64,000 bases of DNA. Source: Paragordius varius. Its lineage: Eukaryota > Animalia > Nematomorpha. The notes beneath the pieces were generated by a model. The model did no database searches. It had not been told where the DNA came from and saw only the letters and a program-made list of their open reading frames with translations. Position numbers and translations under genes: made by a program. Each line of letters begins with the position of its first letter. Position 1 is the first letter of the stretch. Positions 12,938 to 26,800 of this stretch are shown here, piece after piece. The stretch is from the NCBI GenBank assembly GCA_964247055.1, contig OZ176053.1, forward strand, positions 7,936,001 through 8,000,000. The letters are read 5' to 3'.

Positions 12938-13119
12938 CAGTATGAGTAATCATATACTGCTAGAAAGTTATTAATTATTGCCAAATAGCATATGCAGCAA
13001 AGAGAGTTATTATTGGCTAATTATAGTAAGTGAAAATATAACTATAGGTTAGTAACACTGCCCTTTTTTTATTTGGCAATAATTAATAAATTTCTAGCAA
13101 TGTATACTTACTCATAGTG
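12938..13119. mobile_element. Tc1/mariner-type MITE, TA TSD
   Basis: TA|CAGTATGAGTAA...TTACTCATAGTG|TA; sister copy at 50275-50468. Confidence 0.85.
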
Positions 13120-13586
13120 TAATTTAGAGAGTCATTCCGTTTTCATAATAATATATAAAATGACTTGTTTTGATGTTTTTAGCGTTCATTAGTCATCACA
13201 ATGTTCTGTATAAACCGATCTGCACTGATCTTTAATTAACAGAAAGTATAATTTTTTTAACATCATAACTTGGTCCTTGATAAATTATCTGATTAGAAAT
13301 TCCACATACATTTAAAAGACAATCAACACTTAACAATCTTTTCGCTTTTTTACGCGATGATTTGGGGTGGTATATCCCAGGGCTCAATTTTGTAAACAAT
13401 TATTAGAAAAAGTTATTTTTACAATTTTGTGCTAGAGACTAAAATTGAGACAGTATGATTAAGACTCGTAGCTTATCATTAATTTATATTAAGGTTTTTT
13501 ATTAAAATGTAGCCTGAAATCTTTTATAATTATTTACTTTTTTTAAACATAATATACGTTTATTTCACTGTTGCCTTTTATAAAAT

Positions 13587-14742
13587 TTAACACTTGGATA
13601 CAACACATATTTTAGTCTTTCGATTCAAATTGAGATAGTTAAATACCCCAGGCCTGTTTAAAATTAAATTCTTTAAAAAGTATGGAAGGAATCTAAACTA
13701 TGGCAAAATTTTGCACTTATCTAACATTAACACTTGGATACAACACACTCATTTTAGTCCTTCGATTCAAATTGGGGTAGTTGGATACCCCAGGCCTGTT
13801 TGAAATCAAATACTTTAAAAAGTATAGAAGAAATCGAATCCATGGCAAAATTTTGCACTTATATAACATTAATGAACCTAAATATTTAAAAAATTTTATT
13901 CAAAAATATTTGATATTAAATATTTTAAGCCAAAACCGAAAGGTAAAAATTTCGTCAACGTGACATGTGTCAAATAGTAAAATTAAAAAATAATACAAAA
14001 TAAACCGCTTTTTCTATTTCTATCAATGCTAAATGTAATTTATATTAAAATTTATCTTTAGTTCTACCCTTAAAATTAAATGAAGACGATATTTTGCAAA
14101 AATTTCGTAAAATAAAAATGGCGTCGAAGTAGTTTGAGATGGAACTTTTTTTTCAAAACAAAATTTTATCAAGATCTTTTGGCATATTTATATTATTTTT
14201 ATCAGGATAGAAGCATAAATTTAAATTGGGACCGTTTAAAAGTCCTAATTTAAATTTAGTCTGGGGTATTTAGATACCCCAATTTGAATCGAAGTGTTAA
14301 TAAACCGAAATATATAAAAAAATTCATTCAAAAATACTTGGTATTACTTATTTTAAGCTAAAACTGAAAGGTAATAATTTCGTCAACGTAACATGTGTGA
14401 AATGGTAAAATTAAAAAATAATACAAAATAAACCGCTATTTCTATTTCTATCAATGTTAAATGTGATTCAAATAAAAAATTAGCTTTAATTTTACCCTAA
14501 AAATTAAATAAAGACGATATTTCGCAAAGATTTTGTAAAATAAAAATGGCGTCGAAGTAGTTTGAGATGGAACTTTTTTTCAAAACAAAATTTTATCAAG
14601 ATATTTTGGCATATTTATATAATTTTTATCAGGATAGAAGCATAAATTTAAATTGGGACCGTTTCCTTCAGTAATTTTTTAAAAATATTAATTTAAGTTT
14701 AGTCTGGGGTATTTAGATACCCCAATTTGAATCGAAGTGTTA
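13587..14742. mobile_element. Tandem cluster of piggyBac-like MITE pieces (TTAA-bounded)
   Basis: TTAACACTTGGATACAAC starts at ~13587 and ~13728; AATCGAAGTGTTAA ends at ~14300 and ~14742; internal ~340-bp segment duplicated; full-length reference at 61122-61706. Confidence 0.8.
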
Positions 14743-15289
14743 AAGAACAAAAAAATGGCGGCGAAAGAGTTTAAAATGAAAGTATTACAAATATACAATT
14801 TTTAATTTTTTTAAAGAAAGCATAATTTTGAATTCGGCTTAATACCAAAAATACTTTTTAAAATATTAAAATTTTAAATCGCTCTCGGTAAAACTAACCC
14901 AAAAGATCATGGAGTATTAAAACAAAATTAGAAAATTCAATACAGTATTTTAAAGTTTAATTATCGTATTTAACGTAAATTAGTATTTATGAATTTGGTA
15001 TGCAGAATTAACACTTCATGGGGTAGTTTTATACCCCAGAGCCATTCTAAAAAATATTTTTAGCATTGGGTCAAAATTTGCATTCCTTAGCCTTTTACGA
15101 AGGAAGATACAATTTTTTTAACCTAATTAAAAATAAAATAATGCTTATCTGCCGTTCTTTATATTTTAACGCTAATACAACAATCTATATATTAATAAAA
15201 ATAATAGCTGTTGACTTTGAACAAGGCTTGAGGAAAACGGATAAGCTTATTCCAACTCCAAAGAAAAACATTTAAAAATCTATATTGAA

Positions 15290-15860
15290 CCTGACTCTTC
15301 TCACACGTTTTCCGGTATCATATGTCAAATCCAATCTTCCAAAAAACCCCTTTTTCATGAGTGCGGGGCTAAACTAAAGTTCTAATTAAAAAGGGCTTAG
15401 TCACCCTCGGCGCATTTCTATTGAAATTAAAGGGGCCCACACGTTAAAACAAAACGGCGTTCAAACTTAAAATTTTAGGGACTAGAATTTCAAAACCTTG
15501 ATTTTTACACTGTATGGTGCAAAACTGATGGCCCAATATAAAAAAGGGCTATATCACTTTCGGCCTACTTATAGATGATTAAATCGTTTTACAAGCGCCC
15601 TATAAGTGACTAAGCCCTATTTAGCCCCTTAGTGTGATATTAGGGGCTTAAAGAAAATATTGACGTTGAAGCAATATTTTGGAAAGCGTGAAGGCCCATG
15701 CAAATTTGATAGTCTACTTTTCATATTGTTTTGAAATCGCGCTGAGGGCGACTAAGCAATTTTTTAGAATATTATTTTCAGCCCCACCCGAGTTAAATGG
15801 TTTTTTTTAAAACACTGGTATTGAAGACGTTCTTGAAAAACATGTGGGCGCAATTTCAAT
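15290..15860. repeat. Degenerate long inverted repeat
   Basis: gggcttagtcaccctcggcgcatttc (~15394) pairs with gaaatcgcgctgagggcgactaagc (~15732); further matches flank both arms; boundaries approximate. Confidence 0.55.
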
Positions 15861-17898
15861 AGTGTACCATGTAAAATCCAAAGTTTTTTGGAAGAATTTG
15901 GTGCGCATTTATTAAACTATAGTTTTTAGCTCTATTTGATGTCATGGTGATTGAATTTGCGCATTTTTTAAATAAAAAAATCTACCAGCTTTTGAATTCT
16001 GTAAATTGGAGGATAGTATATTTAACAATATTCCATAGATTTGCATAGCGTGATTATTTTGACAAATCTGGGTTAACTATGCTTCTGCAAAAATATATAA
16101 AATTTGGAACACACATGTAAAATCCAAAGCTTTTTAAAGGAACTATGAGCGCATAAATTTAAAATTATATTTAGATTTTTCAACGTCTTCTAGCAACCAT
16201 AATATATTACCCAGTAACATTTATTATTCCAACAATCAACCATATGTTTTCAACAATCAAATAATATTTCCAATCATGATATATTGTTGAAAATATATGT
16301 ATTGTTGATTTTTGGAATCATTAAAATGTTTTTGGGTATATTATGATTGTTGGTAATAATATTTTATTCGTTTGAAATATTTGCGCACTCTTTGCATTTT
16401 GAGGATCTCGTTGGGATAAAACCATTAGAATATACACATTTATTTTATATTTATAAAATTGCCATTAGATATCTACCATTTATTTTAATATATTTATTGA
16501 TAATAAATATATGATATTTCGTATTTAAGATATCGTTTCGTCATTACAAGCGGCTAAAAATCATCCTATATATATAGTGCACCAAATCGGGGTTTCTAAA
16601 AATCAAATAAAACTAGCATTATCATGGTACTTTCAGTTTTAGGTTCTAACGATTAATTTGAGAAAGTTGTGTAATTGTTCCATATCAAAATTAAATTAGG
16701 CATATTTGGTATTTTTTTCTACAAAAGCTTAATGCTTCCATTTTAAAAATATTACTAAATTATGACATAAGCTATATTTAGAAAGCAAAATAAAATTTGC
16801 AATTTTAGGCGTAAGCCCCAAAAGTCACAAATTTTTAGATCCTTAAATTTATCCACAAATTTAAAGCAAACGAACCTGATCAAATTGAGGTGATATTCAA
16901 GTTTAAGTCCTAATTTAGCGAGGTTTACCATATTCCATCTTTTCCGGGAAGTGGATATTGAATGATCAGGTTATGCTGTTAAGCGATAGAAAACGTAATA
17001 TCTCATCTTTTAGCTTGTATTATTTTAATTACTCTGTTATTATCAAAAATATGCTGAAAAAAATTTATTATAATCATTGAACATTATATATTTCGACAAA
17101 TATTTACAATGGAAACCATTATCAAAAAATAACAAAGTCAACAAGCCCCTAAAGATTCCTTTAAAAGAAATTAAGTAATTTACATTTTTACTATCCACTT
17201 ATCATTTGATGACTTGTTAAAATGTAGGAAACGAAACCGGCTTGCCCAAACTTTGCATGAAGACACCTTAAATAGATTTATTCTATTTTTAGTGTCGTAT
17301 AAACATTGGGAAGAAATATAAATATTGTGCAATAAAATACTTTAATTCATTGAGAAATTTTAAGATTTTTAAAAACATATAAAAACAAAAACCTTGATTC
17401 TTACTTTAACAATAAGCTGAGAATAGTTAACACAGTTATATTATACATATTGTTAAATATTATTAGATTACAACTACTAATTATTGCAAATGGTGTTAAA
17501 TTCTTAAGATAATCATTAATCTTTACTTGTGTTTGTGATATTTATATTTATTGTGTTTGTTTTGCATATTTGTTACCAGAATCTTGTTAAACTTATTGTA
17601 GCGTCGAGGAAAAATCTTTTGGGATTTATTAATGATAATAATTTAATTTAATGGAATCGCAATAATACACGCATGATAAAAGGTTAGTTAAGGTTTTTTG
17701 GCATCAACTTTTTTTTTACCAACAATTAGTATTTGTTTAAAAATTAATAATACATGTGTGTTTAAATAAGTTTTTTTTGCATTTATATATTAATATAACT
17801 TTATATTATTAAAACTTTTAAAACATGAAATCATGAAATAATTCTTATAAATACTTTTAATAATCCGTTTATATATTTTTTAAGTACCACACACAATA

Positions 17899-20800
17899 AT
17901 GATTAAAATATTGTTTTTATCGCTTGTAATTTTTTTGAGTTTGAGAAATTGCAGTGTAAATGCTGAAGAATCCAATTTATTATATCCGCAAGGAAGTGAC
18001 CATGGTGACTTAAACGTCACCAAAGGAGATGATAAAAGTTTTGAGGAAATAAAGGCTTCCGTACCTTTCCCATTCTTCAAGAAAATATATTCGAATATGT
18101 TTGTAAGTATTTTTATTAATAAATGGCAATTGTTATAATGCATAATTAGTAGGCTGTTTTACCAGAAATATAAATGCTATCCCTTTTCATCGCTAATGAT
18201 CTGACACATACATAATTCGTATTTTTTAAAGAGTTATTTTGCAAAAGAACGCCCGTAGTTTCGCCACTTATGGATTTTACCTACTGTTATGATTAAAATA
18301 TTTTTTTTAAAATATAAAAATAGCGACACCAATGCGTAAAACCAGGATTGATTACCAATCATTTATTTATGGCCAAGACCGATGTCAAATTAACTAGTTA
18401 AAAGGTTTTCATAAGTTTATCATATGATCAACAAACACGGCAGAAAATTACTTTTGTGAAAATCTAAATATTTGTTTGATTTTTAATACTTAAATAATAA
18501 GGCCTATGAAGCAATCAATATACGATTTTTATTACATGGGTAATAAGTGACTGCTTGGTTACTATATTTGGACATGTCAAAACGTCATCCTTTGGTAACC
18601 TATAACTATTAATCAACTGAAGGTTTTTATGGCATAAATATATTTAAATTATCCATTTTTATGGTGTAAAAACACAATTTATTTCTTTCTTAAATCGAAA
18701 CATATTTGTTCTTAAGACTTCCAATTTCTAAAAAAATGTAATTCAGAGTCTAAAATATTTTTCCCGCAAATATCAATTTATGATTGTAATAGAATGTTTA
18801 ATAGCTAAGATAAAGGCATATATTTATTAACCTTGGTGACTCCGAATAGCGAGAAATAATAATTAATTGTAATTATAAAAATTAACAATTGTTCTTATCA
18901 TATAAATTTTAGATAAATACAAATGGAATCATATCATTTAAAAATCCAATACCACAATATATACCCGAAAAATTTCCAGTTAAACGTGAAAATCTAACCG
19001 TAATAGCTCCATATTGGTCAGATATTGATACATCGTCCAAGGATTCTGGACAAATACTTGTACGACAAACTACAAAGGATGAAGATCTTGATATGATAAC
19101 AAAGGATATAATTAAAGCCTTCCCAAAATTCAAAAAATTTAAAACTTTATGGGCGCTTATTGCGACGTGGAAAGATGTTACACCTTATGGGGCAAATGAT
19201 ACAAAATTGGTAATTTTTTAGGCTTTTTAAAAAATTTTACCGTTTGTTTTGCTTTTACTACCGTAATATATGGTCATTTCACATTTTATGGCCAATTGAA
19301 AAATACAACAGCATATGGGTAGGAAAGAATGGTTGAAATTACAATTTTCCCCATCTTATAACATGAAATGTCATTAATTGAACAAAATTTGTTTTGTGTC
19401 AAACGCTATTGTATTACCCTTGGCCAACAATAATGTGAATCCACTATTAATGTCCACTATATTATAAATTTAACTAGAAAAATACATTTCAAGCCGCTTT
19501 AGCTACGAACGGCAAACATTCATTTGTTATTTACAATTATCCAAAATTAACGTGGACCTCCAGTTATTCGGTAGCTGGTAATGCAAGTGGGCTTGGAGGG
19601 AAATCGGCTCAGGTATTTTTTTATAAAATACATTCATAATTAATCAAAAAAATAATTATACAGGCGGGATTTAATGAAGGAGATGGCAAAAAATACCTTA
19701 AACTTCCGGGTTCAGGAACGCCTAAAATTTTAGAAATCGCCAAAGAAAGCAATATCAAGACACCGGGAAAATGGATTTATCGCACAGATCAAAATAAAAT
19801 CGAAAAGGGTGGATGTAACACAAAAGGTTAGAATACATATTGTAACAATAAATATTTTATTGTTGAGTGTACAACATTCATAAACCATTAATTGGTTTTA
19901 GATTATCTCCACGGTACCTATAGTTAGTTTTTTATTATAAAACTTAATTTAAATATGATGTTTTTGTCATACACTAACTATTTATTTCTATTTCGAATTT
20001 CCATTAACCACAAATTTTATCCAAACTAGAATTTATGATGGAATTTCCGAATAATTTGATTAATTATATAAAAATTTAATAATATTTGTCACATTAGGAG
20101 GCATATGAATGAGCCTTGAGCCAGAAATGAGCCGAATCCTTCCTGGCTTAAATATAGCTCAAGAGTTAAATTCGAAATGGGAAAACTTTTGGTCACTATT
20201 TTTGTGTCTTAATTAATTTCAGAATCTAAGAACACAAAAGGCAGGTGAAAAATATGGTTTGGTAAAATGTATTCTGGCACGAATTATGAGTTAATAAATA
20301 GACCGGCAAATTTGAGCCTTAACCTCTTTTTCCCATGGCAAATTTACAATGAAACACTTTTAGTATTAAACGATACCTAATTTTTTTGCTGATTTTCGAA
20401 AACATTCAGACCTATGATATTATCAATATGATTACAATTTTGCATTAGCCTTATCCATTTTTTCACTAATAAAGACATCAAATATATGTCATTACCTTAG
20501 GTGCTTTAGTGATAGAGCCATCAAGTGGAAGCATGCTAGGTGGTACTCTACTCAAAATAACTGGCCCATGTTTGGATATGATTGAAGCTGCTGAAAAGGG
20601 GGAAACGGAACAACCAGATGACAAGGATGAGAGCGAAACACAAAAACCGAATAAGAAAGAAAAACGAGATGACGCACAAAAAGCAAACAACAAAGGACAA
20701 TACATCGATGCTGGAGAACTAGTTAAAAACGAAAGAGTTAAATGTATGATTGGTAATGAAGTGATTGATGCAAATGTAGATGTGAAAAAGGGTGAAATTT

Positions 20801-23800
20801 CGTGCATAACACCTACTATCCCTTGGATAGGTAGAGTTCCTATACTAGTCTCTTTAGATGGAGGAGATACGTTTCCATTCATGGGTATTCTTAATACAGG
20901 TAAAAGTTGTAACAATATAGTAAATGTCAAATATTTTTTTTGAGATAAAAATATAAAATCAACAAGATGTAAGTAAAAAACCCAATTGTGATATATATTG
21001 AAATATTTGGTTAAAAATGCAAAGATCTTAAAACCCAGATATTTAAAAGAATTATAAATGCAAAACTATGAGAAAAAATTCGTATAATTTCAAAAATACC
21101 ATTAAATAATTATTTTTTGGTATTAATATATTATATATCAGTTTATTGATTTTGTTATACATGGCCGAGTAAAATTAATTATGTTAACCCCGAATGACTG
21201 CTGTCATAAAAGGGAATAATTTTTGATCTAGTTGAAGATTTAACCCTATAATAAAAAAAAATTCTACAGGAAGTACTGATACTTTGAAGCCAGAAATAAC
21301 TCGAAGAAATATGCTTAATTGGACCCAATCTCCAGAACCACCTTACTACATACAATGGGATCCTGAAAAATTGCCTAAAACAAAGGAAGTCGATGTTGAT
21401 TTGATGGGATATGCGTATTTTTTAAATAATTTTAAATTAATAAATGTGTCAAATCGATAAAAATGTAAGCAACACGCACCAGCCTACAGGTTAGAGTCAT
21501 TTAAATTTTAGATATTGGATCGTATTAACCAAGCATTGTACAATTAATTATTAATTGTTCTGTAATATGTCCCTAAATATATATGTAAAAACAAATTGAA
21601 AGCAAAAACACAAAATGTTTTTGAGATAAATTTTCAAACCATTTATGCTCCGTTTCAATGATGATAATAATGTACCAATCCGTTTATTTAGAGAAAAGGA
21701 TGGTAAGATAGAACCCAAATTTTATCCGATAGCACATGACGTTCCAAACACCGGAAATTATAATATTGAACCATGGCGTGTAGCGAATCGACCCAAAGAC
21801 ATAAAAGTTGGGGCCTTGCGCATCACTCCAAAACGTAGTCCTGATGACCAAATCGAAATGTAAATCTATTTACTTGTGTGCACTGAAAAATATAAAATTT
21901 GGATTCAATTATGTAAACATATATATATATATATACATAATATGCATAAACGCTTTAATTTAAAAACATTTTCTGGATTTATTCAAGATTTTTTGGTTAA
22001 TTATAATTAACTGTTTTATAGCTAATGATAACCCTCTATTTTCTGTTATCAGTTTTTTTGCATTTATTTCTCTTATATGGCTTTTGACCACCAACATTTT
22101 TTTGTAAAAAACATCGACCACCATCCAAAAAATAGTCGACAAAAATTCACAAGAGGTAGCCCTAAATTTAATGCACTATGTATATATAAAGACGTAACAC
22201 GCCCATGTTATGGTCGGATATACATCCACTTGGTTGGTTTTTACGTGGAGACAATCCACCCCATGTATTTGCACAAGATGCACAGCGTTTATGTCAACAG
22301 GCTTTGGAAGCGGATAAACGAAGACCGGTACAAATGCTCGATGTTCCTGCTTGCCCTTGCACCCAGTGGCAAGCTAATAGAGATATTCTTTCGTTTGAAA
22401 GAGACCCCGTTTGTGAAGCACACAATCATTACTATCCCCTTCCTCCGGATCGTATGGGGTGCCCGGCAAAAGGCAATGATACTTGGTCCTGTTTTAGATC
22501 AATATTTCCTGGGTATGTATTTATGTTACAGCAAAGTATAAATTATATGCATAGCATTTCACTAATCGATTGCCTATTGTCAATAAAAATATATGTGGAA
22601 ATGGATTTAATTCTTTTATCAATTGTATGAATCTCCAAAATGTCATTTGAGAATTATTTTGTTTTATCAAATTAGTTAAAATCGCGAAATATAAAATTTA
22701 GTAAATATTGTGATAAATTTCTTGGCAGAGATTATTAATTTCCAAATTACTTTGCTATTATAATTATATTAAAAAAGCATAAAAATTATTGGATTTAATT
22801 CATTTATTGAGCCCATAAGTCCAGTGCGTACCGAGCATTTTCGGGCGTCCGGGGTATAAGACATTTCTGGCGTCCCTCCCCCCTTTTTATAAAAGCCAAT
22901 AAAACAATTTAGTAAAAAAAAATACAAACGTTGTAACCTAAATATAAATTTTAAATCTATATATTTATATGATACTAAATTTATTCAATGGTACTAATTA
23001 GGTGAATAATCTATATATTTATGAAAATGGAAAATGCTGGCTTTGTGATCTGGTACAGGAAAACTGGTAGACCCAATCAAATCCAAATATCGAAAAAATA
23101 TAATCATTAATAAATGTCCCGACAATAGCTTCGCCCTTTTTTTGAAATAGGCCCCCATCGTGTTTTTGAGACAATTTTCCGGAGAACGTGTTGGACCATT
23201 CGATTTCAAATATGATTTTTGTTTACTTATTTTCGATTGCGCCGAACATAGTCGAGTCACTTTTTTGATTTAGGCCCTCTTTTTACCCGCTCCCCCCGTA
23301 AAATGCCATTTTTTTCAAAAAAAACAAAGTCCACAAAAATATTTTTTTGATTGTATTTTTTTGCCCAAGGTATGAGACTGTAAAAATTCGAGAAGGATTT
23401 TTCGTTATGCCTGTTACAAGGCAAAAATTTTAGTCAGGCGTTTCTTTAATGATAGCTGCTGAGTAAGGAGTATCTATCATATGTATAGCATGTTAAAAGA
23501 TATATGGATATTAAAACATTATTTAAGGTAATCTATAGATTTATAAAAATGGAAAATGCTGGCTTTGTGATCTACAGGAAAAACGGTAGACCCATTTAAA
23601 TCCAAACTTCGAACCCCCCCCCCCCCCCCCCCAGAAGTCCGAAGGACTTCCTCGGGCTGCGTAGCAGCACGAGATTCACGCTAGTAGTTTATATTTATAG
23701 GGATTATTACCTAAATTGCTGAAAAATCTCATTTGAAAGTTCTTATTATTTTTGCATAATTAAAATTTAATTTTAAAAAATCATTTAGGCGCCCCTAAAT

Positions 23801-26800
23801 AACGGCGCCCTGGACATGATGCACCCCCTTGCCCCCCCTCGGTACCCCCCTGCATAATCTTATAAAAACCCGTTAAATGGACTCTCCTTAAGATAAAAAC
23901 GATGACGCTGAGTGATAAATATCAATCTATACTAAAAATTGTGATCAATTTTATTGAAAACGCCTGTTTAAAATGTTAACAAATGGTTTAAGCATATTTT
24001 AGCGTCTTAGATAAGGGAATTGGGAGCATACTATCCATAAAAGTCCTTGTCTACATGTTTGCTACCGAATTTTTTAAATTGGTTTTCAAAAATTAATATT
24101 TAACTTCAAAGGCAAACGAATCTTTAGATGAAATTTGAGATGATAGATTTAAAAGAGGGCATCAAATTAATTATAAAAAAGTTTCAATATATTTAAGAGT
24201 TTTTCGTTTTAAGCAATTTTAAAATATAGTATAATATACGATATTAACCAAATTTTATGATTTAAAAGAAATATAAGAAAATTATTTAAAAAAATTTTCA
24301 AACTCTGTGATGTTTAAATATAATATTTTAAATAATTTAATCTGAAGTATTTCCCACAAAAACTTAAACACAATGTTAAATTCCCTATTTTTTCCAAGTC
24401 ATACAATATTTTATCCTTACTTATCATATATTATGAAATAGGGTGTTTTTGCCGCTCTTAATAAGATTAAAAAAATTGGCAAATATTTCCATAATTTAAT
24501 GTTTTATTTTCTGATTAAATATTTCCGAAATATAAATTATTCCATCTACATAACGCACATTGCGTTTAAAATGAAAGTATTCGTGAATGAATCATTATAT
24601 ACAGGAAGCGCTTGTTTGTGCACAAAAATATATATTCAATATTAATCATTTTAATGTAGAAAAAGCGGTGCCGGACAACAATGCTGTTATACCAAAGAGG
24701 GTCGTCTTTTGCTCAACCAAAAAGGAGATAAAGGTGCTGGTACAATACAATTAGCTCACCCCAAAGGATGTATGGACATCTCGCCGTTTGATCCAAGACT
24801 TCGTGGACCAAATGCCATACATAAATATGCACCCAAACAAATGTATATATATCATATTTTTATACTCATCATGAAAAACCAAGGAAACAGTTATTTTCAT
24901 ATATATCTTTATATAAACATTAATTAGATCGAGAACCAACAATATACCAATCGTTTCTAATTTGATAATTGATGAATTCCCCGCTTTGGCCTGCTGCCAC
25001 TGGTCGCCTCAAACAACAGGATTGTGTCGTGAATACATGAATAGACGACCTTCTGGTGACTGCCATAATTATGAACCGCCTAGAATAGGTTTGATACATA
25101 TTTTTAAAAAAAGGGATGGCCAATCTTTTTTTTTCTAAAAATATTTTTATCATGAAATCATTAATCTATCATACGTTAGGGCTTGGATTCGGAGATCCAC
25201 ATATTATAACATTGGATGGATTATCGTACACGTTCAATGGTTTGGGCGAATTTATTATCCTCCAATTAAATGGTGATTTTTTTGAGGTGCAAGGAAGAAC
25301 TCAGCGTGTTTTAAATTTAAATGGTATATTATCAATTGAAACAGTTTACTCATCTAAATGATTAAACAAAATACACAGAGTAGATTATATGTAATATTAG
25401 TTTTATTATAATATCTAATATGTTGATACCATTCGGTAACACATTATTTTATCTCGAACAGGGGTACTCAACGCGCGGGCCTTCCAAAATATTTCAACGG
25501 CTCGCGAGAAATTTCTAATGCAAATTTTTACAAAATCCAAGAAATTATTTTCTTAAACAAAATTCTTAATAAATCTTTCCGAATTTCAGCAATGACGAGC
25601 AAAAAATGTTAAAATAAATAGATTTTTTACAGTCTTAAATGTAATAAAATATTTGTTAATGCCCATATTTTTCGAATTCGACCCGCCGGATTTTTTCGAT
25701 CAAATGGAGTGCGAAACCATTTGTTTTGGACACCCCTGATATATAGTCTAAATGGGGTAATATTTATTGGGGAATTACTGCGTTCTTGTTTTTCCCTTAA
25801 AACCGAAACAAATGATTTCCAGCAAACGTGTTACTATACACTTGTGCCTACCCGCAGCAATAAAACATATTTTAAGATACCCTTTTGAGATACTGATATG
25901 TTTCAAATTTGACGGTTTGATAATTATATCAGTAACATAAACGACATATTTTCAAGAGATACGCCTTTAGATATTTACTAATTTGTCTAATCACTATTAA
26001 AATAATTAATACATCCAATGATAAATAGGTCGTGATTTAAGGGCTACATCATGGAAGGCCCTAGCTTTCAAGGAGAACGGAAAAAAACCGATTCATGTTG
26101 AAATTGGTGATAACAACGCTCTTGATATTTATATCGATAACAAACTTTGGGACGAGACAAATGACGGAGAATTAAACCAAAAAAATGCCAGTTATAAAAT
26201 GCAAGGTTTGTATATATTCGCTAGTAGATATTTTCCAAATATTTTAATACCTAAAATTTGGGTTATTAAATGTAGACTATGATATAAGACGACACAATGA
26301 CAATTCCGTCGATATTGTTTTTAAAGAAGGAATATTGATTCAAATTAATGCAACACAGAATGTGCTAATCTTCAAAATTGCCTTACCCAGAATCTACAAA
26401 AGTAATTTAACCTTATACGAAATGTATTACATTTTATTTCATGTATAAAATATCTTTGGCAGATAAAACTAGAGGCCTTTTAGGCATATGGAATGATGAT
26501 ATTACAGATGATTTAACTACTCCGGAAGGGCAGATAATTAGAGTCGATGTCTCGCCAGAAATATTATTTCAAGATTTTGGACTCTCATGTGAGTTGATTT
26601 CTTCTATCTATGTCATATATTATGTAATCTTATTTATATATGATCGTTTTTCTCTAAATTAATCTAGGGGCGATTCCAAATGCCAATAAATCGATATTAC
26701 ATTATACGGATGGATTATCTCATGCAATATGTAACAAAGAATTGCACACTTTCCGTCCAGTATTTGATTGGACAGCAGAGCTGGATGAATTAGATCAGGA

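Noticed and set aside
17430-17780. FoxA/GATA-like motif cluster upstream of mesh
   Set aside because: TRTTTRY and GATAA are expected by chance at this AT content.
20478-20930. 150-aa minus-strand ORF
   Set aside because: Antisense shadow of mesh exon 5; no independent signals.
22077-22541. 154-aa plus-strand ORF in an alternative frame
   Set aside because: Overlaps AMOP exon 8, whose own frame carries the conserved Cys pattern.
24759-24786. 28-nt GT-AG segment inside mesh exon 9
   Set aside because: Removal shifts the frame; the unspliced frame is open and phase-compatible.
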